Origin: Eubacteriales bacterium
GTDB lineage: Bacteria; Bacillota; Clostridia; Oscillospirales; QAKW01
DNA length: 64,000 bases
Reading direction: 5' to 3'
Assembly: GCA_045593905.1 (NCBI GenBank)
Contig: JAZNXL010000069.1
Location: 13,355 to 77,354, forward strand
This document shows positions 35,059-45,961 of the stretch, one piece after another. Numbering within the stretch: position 1 is the first letter of the stretch; the number at the start of each line of letters is the position of its first letter. Both the position numbers and the translations under genes were made by a program. The notes below the pieces were generated by a model. That model was not told where the DNA came from, made no database searches, and saw nothing but the letters and a program-made list of their open reading frames with translations.

Positions 35059-35973
35059 ATGAACAAGGTGTTCATAGACGGTTCGGCGGGAACCACAGGG
35101 CTTAAAATTGCCGAGCGTTTATCGGGCAGAACCGACATTGAGCTTATAAAACTGCCTGACAACTTACGAAAAAATACCGATGCAAAAAAAGAGGCGTTAA
35201 ACAGTGCCGATATTGTATTTTTATGCTTACCCGACGATGCGGCAAAAGAGTCGGTATCGCTTATAACAAACCCCGACACAGTTGTAATTGACACATCGAC
35301 GGCGCACAGAACGGCTGAGGGCTGGGTATACGGCTTTGCCGAGCTTGTAGGGTACGACAGCGTTAAAAACGCAAAGCGAATTGCAAACCCCGGTTGCCAC
35401 GCAAGCGGATACATAGCACTTATAAGACCGCTTGTTGAAGCGGGTATTTTAAAGCAGGGCGCGAGTCTTTGTTGCACATCAATTACAGGCTACTCAGGGG
35501 GAGGCAAAAAAATGATTGCCGACTACCAAGATGCCGATGCTCTGCTCGGCGCGCCAAGGCTTTACGCGCTTTCGCAGCAACACAAGCATTTAAAAGAAAT
35601 GGTAAAGCTTTCTTGCCTTGATACCACCCCTGCGTTTATGCCAATAGTGAGCAACTTTTACAGCGGTATGCAGGTGATTGTGCCTGTGTTTAAAAGCGAT
35701 TTAAACGGCGGTATTGACGATATAAAAGCGGTATATAAACAAAAGTACACAGGCGACGTTGTTGTATACAGTGAAAACGCCGACGAAAGCGGGTTTATGT
35801 CGAGTGCAAAGCTTTCAACACTTGATAAAATGGAAATAAGCGTACAGGGTAACGACGAGCGAATTTTGCTTGTTGCAAGGTACGATAATCTGGGTAAGGG
35901 CGCATCGGGTGCCGCTATTCAGAATATGAACATTGTACTCGGCGCAAACGAGTGCGAGGGTTTAATACTGTAG
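35059..35973 (+). CDS. argC: N-acetyl-gamma-glutamyl-phosphate reductase (short form)
   Basis: 304 aa with active-site context NPGCHASG, and first position in the arg operon. Confidence 0.88.
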   Translation: MNKVFIDGSAGTTGLKIAERLSGRTDIELIKLPDNLRKNTDAKKEALNSADIVFLCLPDDAAKESVSLITNPDTVVIDTSTAHRTAEGWVYGFAELVGYDSVKNAKRIANPGCHASGYIALIRPLVEAGILKQGASLCCTSITGYSGGGKKMIADYQDADALLGAPRLYALSQQHKHLKEMVKLSCLDTTPAFMPIVSNFYSGMQVIVPVFKSDLNGGIDDIKAVYKQKYTGDVVVYSENADESGFMSSAKLSTLDKMEISVQGNDERILLVARYDNLGKGASGAAIQNMNIVLGANECEGLIL

Positions 35974-35985
35974 GAGAAAAAGAAA

Positions 35986-37200
35986 ATGAAGATTATAAAC
36001 GGCGGCGTTACTGCCGCAAAAGGATTTGTAGCAAACGGTATGCATTGCGGTATGCGTAAAAACCGCACAAAGCGCGACGTTGCGTTAATTTACAGTAACA
36101 CTTTGTGCGACGCGGCGGCGGTTTACACCTCTAACCTTGTAAAAGGCGCGCCCATTGCCGTAACAAAGCAAAACATATCAAACGGCAAGGCAAAGGCTAT
36201 TGTTTGCAACAGCGGTAACGCTAACACCTGTAATGCAAACGGCGTTGAGGTTGCAACCAAAATGTGCGAGCTTGTAGGCGATAAGCTGGGCATTGACGCA
36301 AGTGACGTTATCGTGGCATCAACAGGCGTTATAGGTCAGCCGCTTAATATTGAGCCGTTTAAAAACGGACTTGACGCGCTGGCAGACGGTTTATCGGCTG
36401 ACGGCGGCAAGTATGCAGCCGAGGCAATAATGACAACCGACACCAAGGCAAAAGAGATTGCAGTCGAGTTTATGCTGGGCGGTAAGGTATGTAAAATGGG
36501 CGGTATTGCAAAGGGCAGCGGTATGATTCACCCCAACCTTGCAACAATGCTCGTGTTTATTACAACCGACGCGGCAATATCGAGCGATATGCTTGAAAAA
36601 GCGTTAAAGACCGATGTTCAGAACACCTTTAACATGGTATCAATCGACGGCGACACGTCAACAAACGATATGGTAACAGTTATTGCAAACGGCGAGGCGG
36701 GCAACGACAAAATCACCGAGGAAACCGCCGATTTTTGCAGCTTTGCAAAGGCGCTTAACACAGTAACCGTTGCGCTTTGTCAAATGATTGCCGCCGACGG
36801 CGAGGGCGCAACAAAGCTACTTGAGTGTAACGTTACAGGCGCAAAGTGTGAGGCTTGCGCTAAAGCGGTTGCAAAAAGCGTTATTTGTTCAAGCCTTTTA
36901 AAATCGGCAATGTTTGGCGCCGATGCTAACTGGGGGCGTGTGCTTTGTGCTATCGGCTACAGCGGTGCGGCGGTTGACGTAAACGCGGTTGACGTTAGCT
37001 TTAAATCACAAAAAGGCGAAATACTTGTATGCAAAAACGGTGCAGGTGTTGAGTTTTCGGAAGAATACGCAAAAGAGATTTTGCTGCAGGATAAAATTTA
37101 CATAAACGTAAACTTAAACTCGGGTGATAAATCGGCTACCGCTTGGGGCTGTGACCTTACCTATGACTATGTAAAAATTAACGGAGATTACAGAACATAA
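35986..37200 (+). CDS. argJ: Bifunctional ornithine acetyltransferase / N-acetylglutamate synthase
   Basis: Autoprocessing site context HPNLATMLVFITTDA, 404 aa. Confidence 0.93.
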   Translation: MKIINGGVTAAKGFVANGMHCGMRKNRTKRDVALIYSNTLCDAAAVYTSNLVKGAPIAVTKQNISNGKAKAIVCNSGNANTCNANGVEVATKMCELVGDKLGIDASDVIVASTGVIGQPLNIEPFKNGLDALADGLSADGGKYAAEAIMTTDTKAKEIAVEFMLGGKVCKMGGIAKGSGMIHPNLATMLVFITTDAAISSDMLEKALKTDVQNTFNMVSIDGDTSTNDMVTVIANGEAGNDKITEETADFCSFAKALNTVTVALCQMIAADGEGATKLLECNVTGAKCEACAKAVAKSVICSSLLKSAMFGADANWGRVLCAIGYSGAAVDVNAVDVSFKSQKGEILVCKNGAGVEFSEEYAKEILLQDKIYINVNLNSGDKSATAWGCDLTYDYVKINGDYRT

Positions 37201-38069
37201 TGGAAAATACATTTTCAAATGCCCAGCGCGCCGAGGTTTTAACACAGGCGCTCCCCTACATAAAGCACTACACAGGCAAGGTGCTTGTTATCAAATACGG
37301 CGGCAACGCTATGATTAACGAACACTTAAAGCAACAGGTTATGGAAGACATTGTTCTTTTGTGGCTTATAGGCGTTAAGGTTGTGCTTGTTCACGGCGGC
37401 GGACCCGAAATATCAGAGCTTATGGCGCGTCTTGGCAAAAAAGCCGAGTTTGTAGACGGTCTTCGCGTTACCGACAAAGAGACGGTTGATATTGTACAAA
37501 TGGTGCTTGCAGGCAAGGTAAACAAAACGCTCGTTAACCTTTTAGAGATGAAGGGCGGCAAGGCTATGGGCATATCGGGTATGGACGGTATGCTTATTGA
37601 GTCAAAAATTAAAGATACGCGCCTTGGCTACGTTGGCGAAATTACAAAAATTCATATAAACCCTGTAAACGACCTGCTCGAAAAAGGCTATATCCCTGTT
37701 ATTTCAACACTCGGCTGCGACCGCGAGGGCAACGCCTATAACATAAACGGCGACACCGCGGCGGCGTACATTGCAGGCGCTTTAAATGCCGAGCGCCTTA
37801 TTATGATGACCGATATTGCAGGTATTTTAAAAGATAAAGACGACCCCAACACACTTATACCCGAAATTACTGTTTCACAGGCTCTTACGCTTTATGACGA
37901 AGGCATTATTTCGGGCGGTATGATACCAAAGGTTAACTGCTGTATCGAGGCAATTAACAAGGGCGTTAAAAACGTAACAATAATGGACGGACGCGTACCG
38001 CACTCAATTCTTATGGAAATTTTAACCGACGAGGGCGCAGGTACACAGGTAATTGGTGATAAAAAATGA
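37200..38069 (+). CDS. argB: Acetylglutamate kinase
   Basis: VIKYGGNAM and VLVHGGGP motifs. Confidence 0.93.
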   Translation: MENTFSNAQRAEVLTQALPYIKHYTGKVLVIKYGGNAMINEHLKQQVMEDIVLLWLIGVKVVLVHGGGPEISELMARLGKKAEFVDGLRVTDKETVDIVQMVLAGKVNKTLVNLLEMKGGKAMGISGMDGMLIESKIKDTRLGYVGEITKIHINPVNDLLEKGYIPVISTLGCDREGNAYNINGDTAAAYIAGALNAERLIMMTDIAGILKDKDDPNTLIPEITVSQALTLYDEGIISGGMIPKVNCCIEAINKGVKNVTIMDGRVPHSILMEILTDEGAGTQVIGDKK

Positions 38070-39229
38070 GTATTACGGCAATAGACAAACAATACGTTGC
38101 AAACACGTATAACCGCTTTGGCATTGAGCTTACACACGGCAAAGGCTCAATAGTTTGCGACACAAATAACAAAGAATATATTGATATGGGCACAGGCATT
38201 GGCGTTACCGCCTTTGGCTACTGCGACAAGGTATGGTGCGATGCTATAACAAAGCAGTTAACAAAGCTTCAGCACACCTCTAACCTTTACTATACCGAGC
38301 CGTGCGCTCACCTTGCCCAGCTTTTGTGTAACAAAACAGGCTTTAAAAAGGTGTTTTTTGCAAACTCGGGCGCCGAGGCTAACGAGTGCGCCATTAAGGC
38401 GGCGCGTAAGTACGGTATGGCGAGCGACCGCTACAAAATTTTAACACTCGAGGGCAGTTTTCACGGCAGAACCCTTACAACGCTCGCAGCCACAGGTCAA
38501 GAGCATTATCACGAGTTGTTCACACCATTAACCGACGGCTTTGTACACACACCTGTTAACGATTTTGAAAAGTTAAAGGATACCGCGCTTTCAAACAACG
38601 TTTGCGCCGTTATGGTTGAGTGTATTCAGGGCGAGGGCGGTGTAATAACGCTTGATGCCGAGTTTTTAAAGAGCACCTACGAATTTTGTAAGGCAAACGA
38701 TATTTTGCTTATTGTTGACGAGGTGCAAACAGGCAACGGCAGAACAGGCAAGCTTTATGCGTATATGAACTACGGCATCACCCCCGACATTGTGACCACC
38801 GCAAAAGGTCTTGGCGGCGGACTGCCGATTGGCGCGTGTATGTTAAACAACAAGGTCGAAAATATATTCGCCTACGGCGACCACGGCTCAACCTACGGCG
38901 GTAACCCCGTTTGCTCGGCAGGCGCAATAAGCGTAATCGAGCGCCTTGACGACAAGTTTTTAAAAGAGGTTACAAAAAAGAGCGAGTACATATTTGGCGA
39001 GCTGAACGGTGCCGACGGCATTGAGGCTTTAAGCGGTATGGGGCTTATGGTCGGCATTAAAACAACCGCGCCCGCAGGCGACGTTGTTAAAGAGTGCATA
39101 AACCGAGGGGTTTTGTGCCTTACCGCAAAAGACAAGGTAAGGCTGTTGCCCGCGCTTAACATTGACTGTGACACGCTCAAAAAAGCAATAACTATTATTA
39201 AAGAGGTATGCTATGAACTTAAAAAATAA
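38066..39229 (+). CDS. argD: Acetylornithine aminotransferase
   Basis: Class III aminotransferase: [21 protein letters not shown], and PLP lysine context TTAKGLGGG. Confidence 0.92.
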   Translation: MSITAIDKQYVANTYNRFGIELTHGKGSIVCDTNNKEYIDMGTGIGVTAFGYCDKVWCDAITKQLTKLQHTSNLYYTEPCAHLAQLLCNKTGFKKVFFANSGAEANECAIKAARKYGMASDRYKILTLEGSFHGRTLTTLAATGQEHYHELFTPLTDGFVHTPVNDFEKLKDTALSNNVCAVMVECIQGEGGVITLDAEFLKSTYEFCKANDILLIVDEVQTGNGRTGKLYAYMNYGITPDIVTTAKGLGGGLPIGACMLNNKVENIFAYGDHGSTYGGNPVCSAGAISVIERLDDKFLKEVTKKSEYIFGELNGADGIEALSGMGLMVGIKTTAPAGDVVKECINRGVLCLTAKDKVRLLPALNIDCDTLKKAITIIKEVCYELKK

Positions 39230-40196
39230 AAGCTTTTTAAAGCTACTTGATTTTACACCCCAAGAGATTAATTACCTGCTCGATTTATCAGCCGAGCTCA
39301 AGGCTAAAAAGAAACAGGGTATCCCCCACCGCTTATGCGAGGGCAAGTCTATTGCCTTGGTGTTTGAAAAAACAAGCACCCGTACACGCTGTGCGTTTGA
39401 GGTGGCTGCTGCCGACCTTGGTATGCACCCCACCTACCTTGACCCGTCAGGCTCACAGATTGGTAAAAAAGAGAGCATTGCCGACACCGCGCGAGTGCTC
39501 GGACGTATGTTTGACGGCATTGAGTACCGCGGCTTTGGTCAGGAGATTGTTGAAGAGCTTGCCGCATACGCAGGCGTGCCGGTTTGGAACGGACTTACCA
39601 ACGAGTTCCACCCCACCCAGATTCTTGCCGACTTTTTAACAATTAAAGAGCACACAGGCAAGCTTGAGGGCTCAAAGCTTGTGTATATGGGCGATGCAAG
39701 ATATAATATGGGCAACTCGTATATGGTGGGCTGCGCTAAAATGGGTATGCACTTTGTTGCCTGCGCGCCAAAGGAGTTTTTCCCCGACCAAAAGCTTATT
39801 GACGAGTGCCAAAAAATTGCTAAAGAAACAGGCGCAACACTCGAGTTTTGCGAGGACGTTGACTTAGCCGTTAAGGGCGCTGATATTATTTGCACTGACG
39901 TGTGGGTATCAATGGGCGAGCCGGATAGCGTTTGGCAAGAGCGAATCGAAAAGCTTTCGCCCTACCGCGTTACAATGGAGGTTATGAAAAAAGCAGGCGA
40001 CAACACCAAGTTTATGCACTGCCTGCCTGCCTTCCACGATGTTAAAACCACCATCGGCAAAGAGATTTATAATAAGTTCGGTATCGACTGTATGGAGGTT
40101 ACCGACGAGGTTTTTGAGAGCGAGCGCTCAATAGTATTTGACGAAGCCGAAAACCGTATGCACACTATTAAGGCAGTAATGTGCGCTACGCTTTGA
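39213..40196 (+). CDS. argF: Ornithine carbamoyltransferase
   Basis: STRTR, HPTQ and HCLP motifs. Confidence 0.93.
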   Translation: MNLKNKSFLKLLDFTPQEINYLLDLSAELKAKKKQGIPHRLCEGKSIALVFEKTSTRTRCAFEVAAADLGMHPTYLDPSGSQIGKKESIADTARVLGRMFDGIEYRGFGQEIVEELAAYAGVPVWNGLTNEFHPTQILADFLTIKEHTGKLEGSKLVYMGDARYNMGNSYMVGCAKMGMHFVACAPKEFFPDQKLIDECQKIAKETGATLEFCEDVDLAVKGADIICTDVWVSMGEPDSVWQERIEKLSPYRVTMEVMKKAGDNTKFMHCLPAFHDVKTTIGKEIYNKFGIDCMEVTDEVFESERSIVFDEAENRMHTIKAVMCATL

Positions 40197-40330
40197 GGTA
40201 AAAAGTAATAGTGAAAAGTGAAAAAGTAACGAAAGAACACAACCTTGGTTGTGTTCTTTTTAATTAAAAAACTCGGCTTTCAGCCGAGTTTTATCCTTAC
40301 CTATTCACTATTACCTATTACTTATTCACT
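40197..40330 (+). repeat. Composite palindromic intergenic element, copy E
   Basis: Starts at the nucleotide after the argF stop. H1 is AGAACACAAC-CTTG-GTTGTGTTCT; H2 is CTCGGCT-TTC-AGCCGAG. Heptad arms on both sides. Confidence 0.88.
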
Positions 40331-40334
40331 AAAT

Positions 40335-40364
40335 AAAAAAGCAGCCTCTAAAGGCTGTTTTTTA
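40335..40364 (-). terminator. Rho-independent terminator of argH (hairpin overlaps the argH stop)
   Basis: AACAGCCT TTAG AGGCTGCTT followed by a T-run on the minus strand. Confidence 0.7.
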
Positions 40365-41718
40365 TTTCTTCTATCTGCATATCAATTGACTGTTGCGAGG
40401 TGCCGCCGTACGAGATGCGTTTTTCAACGCAGGTAAACAGGTCAATCTCGTTATAAAGGTCATTTTCAAAAAGGTCGCTATGCTTTTTGTAATCTTCAAG
40501 CGGCAGGCTTTCAAGGTCGCAGCCTTTTTGTATGCACTCGGCAACGATTGTACCCGAAATTTTGTATGCGCTTCTAAACGGCATACCCTTTTTAACAAGG
40601 TAGTCGGCAAGGTCGGTAGCGTTTATAAACCCGCCCGATGCCGCTTTTTTCATATTACCTTCAAGCACGCTCATACCCTCAAGCATCGGTACAAACACCT
40701 TAAGGCACATAATAACTGTGTCAACCGCGTCAAACACGCTCTCTTTGTCCTCTTGCATATCTTTATTATACGCAAGCGGAAGGCCTTTGAGTACGGTGAG
40801 CAGCGCCATAAGGTCGCCGTATACCCTGCCCGTTTTACCGCGGACAAGCTCTGCCATATCGGGATTTTTCTTTTGCGGCATTATTGACGAGCCTGTAGTG
40901 TAGGCATCAGAAAGCTCAATAAACTTAAACTCCCAGCTCGACCACAGTATAATCTCTTCTGAAAAGCGCGAAAGGTGCATCATAAGTATTGCAATATCGC
41001 TTAACAGTTCAACTGCAAAGTCGCGGTCTGAAACACCGTCGATACTGTTAATTGTAACACCGTCAAAGCCAAGCTTTTTCGCCTCGAACATACGGTCGGT
41101 GTTGTAGGTAGTGCCTGCAAGCGCACAGCTGCCGATAGGGCTTATATTCATACGCTTTTTGCAGTCACAAAGCCTGTCAATATCGCGCACAAACATACTC
41201 GCATAGGCAAGCAGGTGGTGCGAAAAGGTTATAGGTTGTGCGCGTTGCAAGTGTGTATACCCCGGCATAATTGCAAGGCGGTGCTTGTCGGCTTTATCGA
41301 GTAAAACCGCTACAAGCGATTTTGTAAGCGACACAATCTCATCGGTTTGCTCTTTTAAATACATACGAAGGTCGAGTGCGACCTGGTCGTTACGGCTACG
41401 CGCGGTATGAAGCTTTTTACCAACGTCGCCAAGGCGTTTTGTTAGCTCTGCTTCAACAAACATATGTATATCTTCACAGGACATATCAATTTGTAAAGCA
41501 CCGCTTTCAATATCCTTTAAAATGCCTTCAAGGCCGACGATTAACTCGTCAGCCTCGGTGTCGGTTATTATTTTTTGTGCTCCGAGCATAGCGGCGTGCG
41601 CCATACTTCCTGTAATATCCTGCCGATACATACGGCAGTCAAAATGAATTGATGAGTTAAAGTCGTCAGCGATACTGTCGGTAACACCTGCTGTTCGACC
41701 TGCCCACATTTTAGCCAT
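40348..41718 (-). CDS. argH: Argininosuccinate lyase
   Basis: GSSIMPQKKNPD signature, 456 aa. Confidence 0.95.
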   Translation of the reverse strand: MAKMWAGRTAGVTDSIADDFNSSIHFDCRMYRQDITGSMAHAAMLGAQKIITDTEADELIVGLEGILKDIESGALQIDMSCEDIHMFVEAELTKRLGDVGKKLHTARSRNDQVALDLRMYLKEQTDEIVSLTKSLVAVLLDKADKHRLAIMPGYTHLQRAQPITFSHHLLAYASMFVRDIDRLCDCKKRMNISPIGSCALAGTTYNTDRMFEAKKLGFDGVTINSIDGVSDRDFAVELLSDIAILMMHLSRFSEEIILWSSWEFKFIELSDAYTTGSSIMPQKKNPDMAELVRGKTGRVYGDLMALLTVLKGLPLAYNKDMQEDKESVFDAVDTVIMCLKVFVPMLEGMSVLEGNMKKAASGGFINATDLADYLVKKGMPFRSAYKISGTIVAECIQKGCDLESLPLEDYKKHSDLFENDLYNEIDLFTCVEKRISYGGTSQQSIDMQIEEIKNSL

Positions 41719-42947
41719 TATTTTTTACCCTCGTTTTGTTTGTTTACCATTGCCTGAACCTTAATGGGAAGACCAAAAAGGTTAATAAAGCCTGTAGCGT
41801 CGGTCTGGTCATAGTCGCTCTCGCCAAAGGTTGCAATCTCTTCGCTGTAGAGTGAGTAGTCACTCCAAACGCCAGCCTTTATAATGTTGCCCTTGTAGAG
41901 TTTGAGCTTAACCTTACCTGTAACTGTTTCTTGTGTTTTATCAACGAATGCCGAAAGAGCCTCGCGAAGCGGTGTAAACCATTGACCGTTGTAAACAAGC
42001 TCGGCAAAGGTGATTGAAAGCTTTTGTTTTTCGTGCATTGTCATTTTGTCAAGGCAGATGCTCTCGAGTGTTTCGTGAGCCTTATAAAGAATTGTACCGC
42101 CGGGTGTCTCGTAAACGCCGCGGCACTTCATACCGACAAGACGGTTTTCGACAATGTCGATAATACCGATACCGTGCTTACCGCCAAGCTCGTTAAGCTT
42201 TAAAATAATTTCTTTAGCGGTCATTTTTACGCCGTTTAAAGCGGTAGGAACGCCTTTTACAAAATCAAGCTCGATGTACTCGGGGGTATCGGGTGCCATA
42301 AGGGGCGAAACGCCCATCTCTAAAAAGCCCTCTTTTTCATACATAGGCTCGTTGCCTGTATCTTCAAGGTCCATACCCTCGTGTGATAAGTGCCAGAGGT
42401 TTTTGTCTTTTGAGTAGTTGGTCTCGCGGTTGATTTTTAACGGGATATTGTGTGCCTCGGCATACTCAATCTCTTCTTCACGCGATTTTATATCCCACTC
42501 ACGCCAGGGCGCAATAATGGGAAGGTCGGGGCAAAATGCCTTGAGTGCGAGTTCAAAACGCACCTGGTCGTTACCCTTACCTGTACAGCCGTGGCAGATT
42601 GCATCGGCATTTTCTTTAATAGCAATTTCGGCAAGACCTTTTGCAATACAAGGACGCGCATGGCTTGTACCTAAAAGGTACTCTTCGTAAACTGCGCCCG
42701 CTTTCATTGTAGGTATAATAAAGTCGTTTACATACTCTTCGGTCTGGTCTAAAACATAAAGCTTTGACGCGCCTGTTTTGAGCGCCTTTTCTTCAAGACC
42801 CTCAAGCTCGTCAGCCTGACCAACGTTGCCCGATACCGCAACAACCTCGCAGTTGTTGTAGTTTTCTTTAAGCCACGGAATTATAATTGATGTGTCAAGT
42901 CCGCCTGAATATGCAAGTACTACCTTTTTAATGTTCTCTTTATTCAT
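41718..42947 (-). CDS. argG: Argininosuccinate synthase
   Basis: [12 protein letters not shown]-binding motif, 409 aa. Confidence 0.95.
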   Translation of the reverse strand: MNKENIKKVVLAYSGGLDTSIIIPWLKENYNNCEVVAVSGNVGQADELEGLEEKALKTGASKLYVLDQTEEYVNDFIIPTMKAGAVYEEYLLGTSHARPCIAKGLAEIAIKENADAICHGCTGKGNDQVRFELALKAFCPDLPIIAPWREWDIKSREEEIEYAEAHNIPLKINRETNYSKDKNLWHLSHEGMDLEDTGNEPMYEKEGFLEMGVSPLMAPDTPEYIELDFVKGVPTALNGVKMTAKEIILKLNELGGKHGIGIIDIVENRLVGMKCRGVYETPGGTILYKAHETLESICLDKMTMHEKQKLSITFAELVYNGQWFTPLREALSAFVDKTQETVTGKVKLKLYKGNIIKAGVWSDYSLYSEEIATFGESDYDQTDATGFINLFGLPIKVQAMVNKQNEGKK

Positions 42948-42964
42948 TTTTATTCCCTCTTTTT

Positions 42965-42978
42965 TGAATTTTTATTCA
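42965..42978. promoter_or_regulatory. ARG box in the argGH leader
   Basis: TGAATTTTTATTCA fits the core TGAAT-wwww-ATTCA exactly. It lies between the -10 and the ribosome-binding site. Confidence 0.6.
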
Positions 42979-43000
42979 TTTTTCTCTTTAAGATGTGCAT

Positions 43001-43029
43001 ATTATACGCCCTAAAAAATAATATGTCAA
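43001..43029 (-). promoter_or_regulatory. Consensus sigma-A promoter of argGH
   Basis: Minus strand TTGACA (43024-43029), 17-nt spacer, TATAAT (43001-43006). The -10 region GTATAATATGCA resembles the argC operator arm GTATAATATTCA. Confidence 0.7.
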
Positions 43030-43108
43030 GGGTTTATGCAAAAAAATTATATAATTTTATGTTACAATAAAAATAATGTAGAAATTGCTTAAAAAAGGGT
43101 GTAAATTA

Positions 43109-43138
43109 TTGACACGCGCCCTATTAATATGATAATAT
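43109..43138 (+). promoter_or_regulatory. Putative promoter of the pur operon
   Basis: TTGACA (43109-43114), then TGATAATAT (extended -10-like) after a 16-18-nt spacer. Confidence 0.55.
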
Positions 43139-43161
43139 ATTTATGTATTTTAATAATGTTT

Positions 43162-43252
43162 TTTGTAACTGACGGAACAGGGTAAGTTTTACCCTTGCAG
43201 AGCACTGCAAAGAAGCAAAAAGCATAGTTTTATTAAGCCGACCGTCTGGGCA
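43162..43252 (+). ncRNA. ZTP (pfl-motif) riboswitch aptamer
   Basis: ACTGACGGAAC...GGGTAAGTTTTACCC hairpin, variable linker, then GCCGACCGTCTGGGCA. GACGG (43171-43175) is complementary to CCGTC (43242-43246), as in the conserved pseudoknot GGCGG/CCGCCUGGGCA. Located upstream of purine genes. Confidence 0.7.
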
Positions 43253-43289
43253 CATTTACTCGTCATACGGGGTAAGTGTGCTTATTTTT
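43250..43289 (+). terminator. Riboswitch expression-platform terminator
   Basis: GCACATTTAC (43250-43259) / GTAAGTGTGC (43272-43281) followed by TTATTTTT. The 5' arm abuts or overlaps the conserved CUGGGCA of the aptamer. Confidence 0.7.
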
Positions 43290-43308
43290 ATTTAAAGGAG
43301 ATTTAAAA

Positions 43309-43800
43309 ATGAAAAAAGTTGGTATTGTAATGGGTAGCGACAGCGACCTTCCCATCATTAAAAAAGCAACCGATATGCTCGACACACTCGAGGTACCTTA
43401 CGAGGTACATATTTACTCGGCACACAGAACGCCTGTTGAAGCGCGTGACTTTTCAATTAATGCGCGTAAAAACGGCTTTGGTGTAATTATTGCAGCAGCA
43501 GGTATGGCGGCGCACCTTGCGGGCGCAATTGCGGCAAACACAACACTGCCTGTAATCGGTATCCCTTGCAAGTCGAGTTGCTTTGACGGAATGGACGCGC
43601 TTTTATCAACAGTACAAATGCCAACAGGTATACCGGTTGCAACGGTTGCGGTAAACGGCGCAGGCAACGCAGCACTTCTTGCGGCGCAAATTATTGCGGT
43701 TGAAGATAAAGAGCTTGCTAAAAAGCTTGACGACAAAAGAGTAAAAGACGCCAAGGTCGTGCTCGAAAAAGACGCAAAAGTACTTGAAATGTTAAAATAA
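43309..43800 (+). CDS. purE: N5-carboxyaminoimidazole ribonucleotide mutase (class I-like PurE)
   Basis: GSDSDLP and YSAHRTP motifs. Start at ATG 43309 after AAAGGAG. Confidence 0.9.
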   Translation: MKKVGIVMGSDSDLPIIKKATDMLDTLEVPYEVHIYSAHRTPVEARDFSINARKNGFGVIIAAAGMAAHLAGAIAANTTLPVIGIPCKSSCFDGMDALLSTVQMPTGIPVATVAVNGAGNAALLAAQIIAVEDKELAKKLDDKRVKDAKVVLEKDAKVLEMLK

Positions 43801-43833
43801 AAAAATTTTATATAATTAAAGGAGATAACTACA

Positions 43834-44523
43834 ATGGCTAAAGAACTTATTTACAGAGGAAAAACAAAAGACGTATTCGCGCTTGAAAACGGTAACTACC
43901 TTCTCAAGTTTAAAGACGACTGCACAGGTAAAGACGGCGTGTTTGACCCCGGCGAAAACTCAGTTGGTCTTACAATTGACGGTGTGGGTGATGTTAACCT
44001 CAGAATGTCAATTTACTTTTTCGAAAAGGTAAACGCTGCCGGCATTAAAACACACTACGTTAGCGCCAACCTTGACGACACAACAATGGAAGTTTTACCT
44101 GCAAAGCCTTTTGGTAAAGGCCTTGAAGTTATCTGCCGTTACAAAGCAGTAGGCAGCTTTTTAAGACGCTACGGTGAATACTGTAACGAAGGTGACGACC
44201 TTCCCGCTTACGTTGAAACAACATTTAAAAACGACGAAAAGGGCGACCCGCTCGTAACAAAAGACGGTCTTGTTGTTCTTGGCGTTATGACCGAAAAGCA
44301 ATACGACGACGTTAAGACTATGACACAGCAAATTACAAAAATCGTTGCTGACGACCTTAAAGAAAAAGGCCTTGATATGTACGACATCAAGTTTGAGTTC
44401 GGTTACGACGAGAACGGCGAGGTTATGCTCATTGACGAAATCGCATCAGGTAATATGCGTGTTTACAAAAACGGCGAATACATTGACCCGATGACACTTT
44501 CAAAGCTCTTCTTTGCTAAATAG
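43834..44523 (+). CDS. purC: SAICAR synthase
   Basis: [10 protein letters not shown]-terminus, 229 aa. Confidence 0.9.
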   Translation: MAKELIYRGKTKDVFALENGNYLLKFKDDCTGKDGVFDPGENSVGLTIDGVGDVNLRMSIYFFEKVNAAGIKTHYVSANLDDTTMEVLPAKPFGKGLEVICRYKAVGSFLRRYGEYCNEGDDLPAYVETTFKNDEKGDPLVTKDGLVVLGVMTEKQYDDVKTMTQQITKIVADDLKEKGLDMYDIKFEFGYDENGEVMLIDEIASGNMRVYKNGEYIDPMTLSKLFFAK

Positions 44524-44534
44524 GGAGATTTGAT

Positions 44535-45956
44535 ATGGGAGGTTTTTTTGGCGTGGTTTCAAAAGAAGACGCAATATCTGACGTTTTCTTTGGAACCGAC
44601 TACCACTCGCACCTTGGCACACGCCGCGGCGGTATGGCAGCATACAACAGCGAGATTGGTTTACAAAGAGAAATACACAATATTCAAAACTCACCCTTTA
44701 GAACAAAGTTTGAGAATATTTTTGACGAGATGCACGGCACCTCTGCAATTGGCGTTATAAGCGACTTTGACCCGCAGCCGCTGTTAATACGCGGTCGGCT
44801 CGGCAAGTACGCAATATGCGTTACAGGTGTTATTAACAATTCTGAAGCACTTATTGAAAAGTACTTGGCATCGGGCGGTCAGTTTAATGCAATGACAAGC
44901 GGTAACGTAAACTCAACCGAGCTTATTGCCGCGCTCATTAACCAAAAAGACAGCTTTGCCGAGGGCATTAAGTTTGCACAAGACAACATTGAAGGCACTG
45001 CATCAATACTAATTTTAAAAGAGGGCGGAAACCTTATTGCAGCTCGCGACAAGCTCGGAAGACTGCCCGTTGCCATTGGCAAGAGCGAAAACAAATACGC
45101 TGTTGCGTTTGAATCGTTTGCCTACAAAAAACTCGGCTACGACGACGTAAAAGAACTTGGACCGGGCGAGGTTGTTGAGCTTACACCCGATAGTATGACA
45201 CAGCTTGTTGCTCCCGGTGAAAAAATGCGTATGTGCGCGTTTTTATGGACATATTACGGCTTTCCCACCTCTACCTACGAGGGCGTTAACGTTGAAATGA
45301 TGCGTTACAACAACGGCAAAATTTTAGCAAGAAGCGACGCTGAACGCGGGCTTGCACAAGACGTTGACTATGTCGGCGGTGTGCCTGACTCGGGTACCCC
45401 GCACGCAATCGGCTACTCAAACGCATGCCACAAGCCGTACGCACGTGCATTTATAAAATACACACCAACCTGGGCTCGAAGCTTTACACCTTCAAACCAA
45501 AACCAGCGCCAACGTGTTGCAAAAATGAAGCAAATACCTGTTCACGAAATTATAAACGACAACAAACTGCTTTTTGTTGACGACTCAATCGTGCGCGGCA
45601 CACAGCTTAAAGGCACCGTTGACTTTTTATACGACCACGGCGCAAAAGAGGTGCATATGCGCTCTGCCTGTCCGCCCATTATGTATAACTGCAAGTTTTT
45701 AAACTTTTCACGCTCAAACAACGAAATGGAGCTTATTGCAAGACGCACCATTATGGAGCTTGAGGGTGAGGAGGGCTTTAACCACCTCGAAGAATACAGC
45801 GACGGCACAACCAAACGCGGCAAGCGCCTTAGAAAATCAATTTGCGACCAGCTCGGCTTTACTACTCTCGACTTTCAGTCGCTTGAGGGTATTATTGAAG
45901 CAATAGGCATTGACGAGTGCAAGCTCTGCACTTATTGCTGGAACGGAAAGGAATAA
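44535..45956 (+). CDS. purF: Amidophosphoribosyltransferase homologue lacking the N-terminal Cys nucleophile
   Basis: PRPP-binding loop [14 protein letters not shown], Ntn-amidotransferase-like N-domain, and purF position in the operon. The N-terminus reads MGGFFGVV (no Cys), and an in-frame TAA 6 codons upstream (44517-44519) excludes a longer form. Confidence 0.8.
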   Translation: MGGFFGVVSKEDAISDVFFGTDYHSHLGTRRGGMAAYNSEIGLQREIHNIQNSPFRTKFENIFDEMHGTSAIGVISDFDPQPLLIRGRLGKYAICVTGVINNSEALIEKYLASGGQFNAMTSGNVNSTELIAALINQKDSFAEGIKFAQDNIEGTASILILKEGGNLIAARDKLGRLPVAIGKSENKYAVAFESFAYKKLGYDDVKELGPGEVVELTPDSMTQLVAPGEKMRMCAFLWTYYGFPTSTYEGVNVEMMRYNNGKILARSDAERGLAQDVDYVGGVPDSGTPHAIGYSNACHKPYARAFIKYTPTWARSFTPSNQNQRQRVAKMKQIPVHEIINDNKLLFVDDSIVRGTQLKGTVDFLYDHGAKEVHMRSACPPIMYNCKFLNFSRSNNEMELIARRTIMELEGEEGFNHLEEYSDGTTKRGKRLRKSICDQLGFTTLDFQSLEGIIEAIGIDECKLCTYCWNGKE

Positions 45957-45961
45957 AAACT

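Noticed and set aside
43309-43800. Class II PurE (AIR carboxylase) to explain the missing purK
   Set aside because: The SAHRTP motif looks class I. purK may simply be encoded elsewhere, and this cannot be decided from the window.
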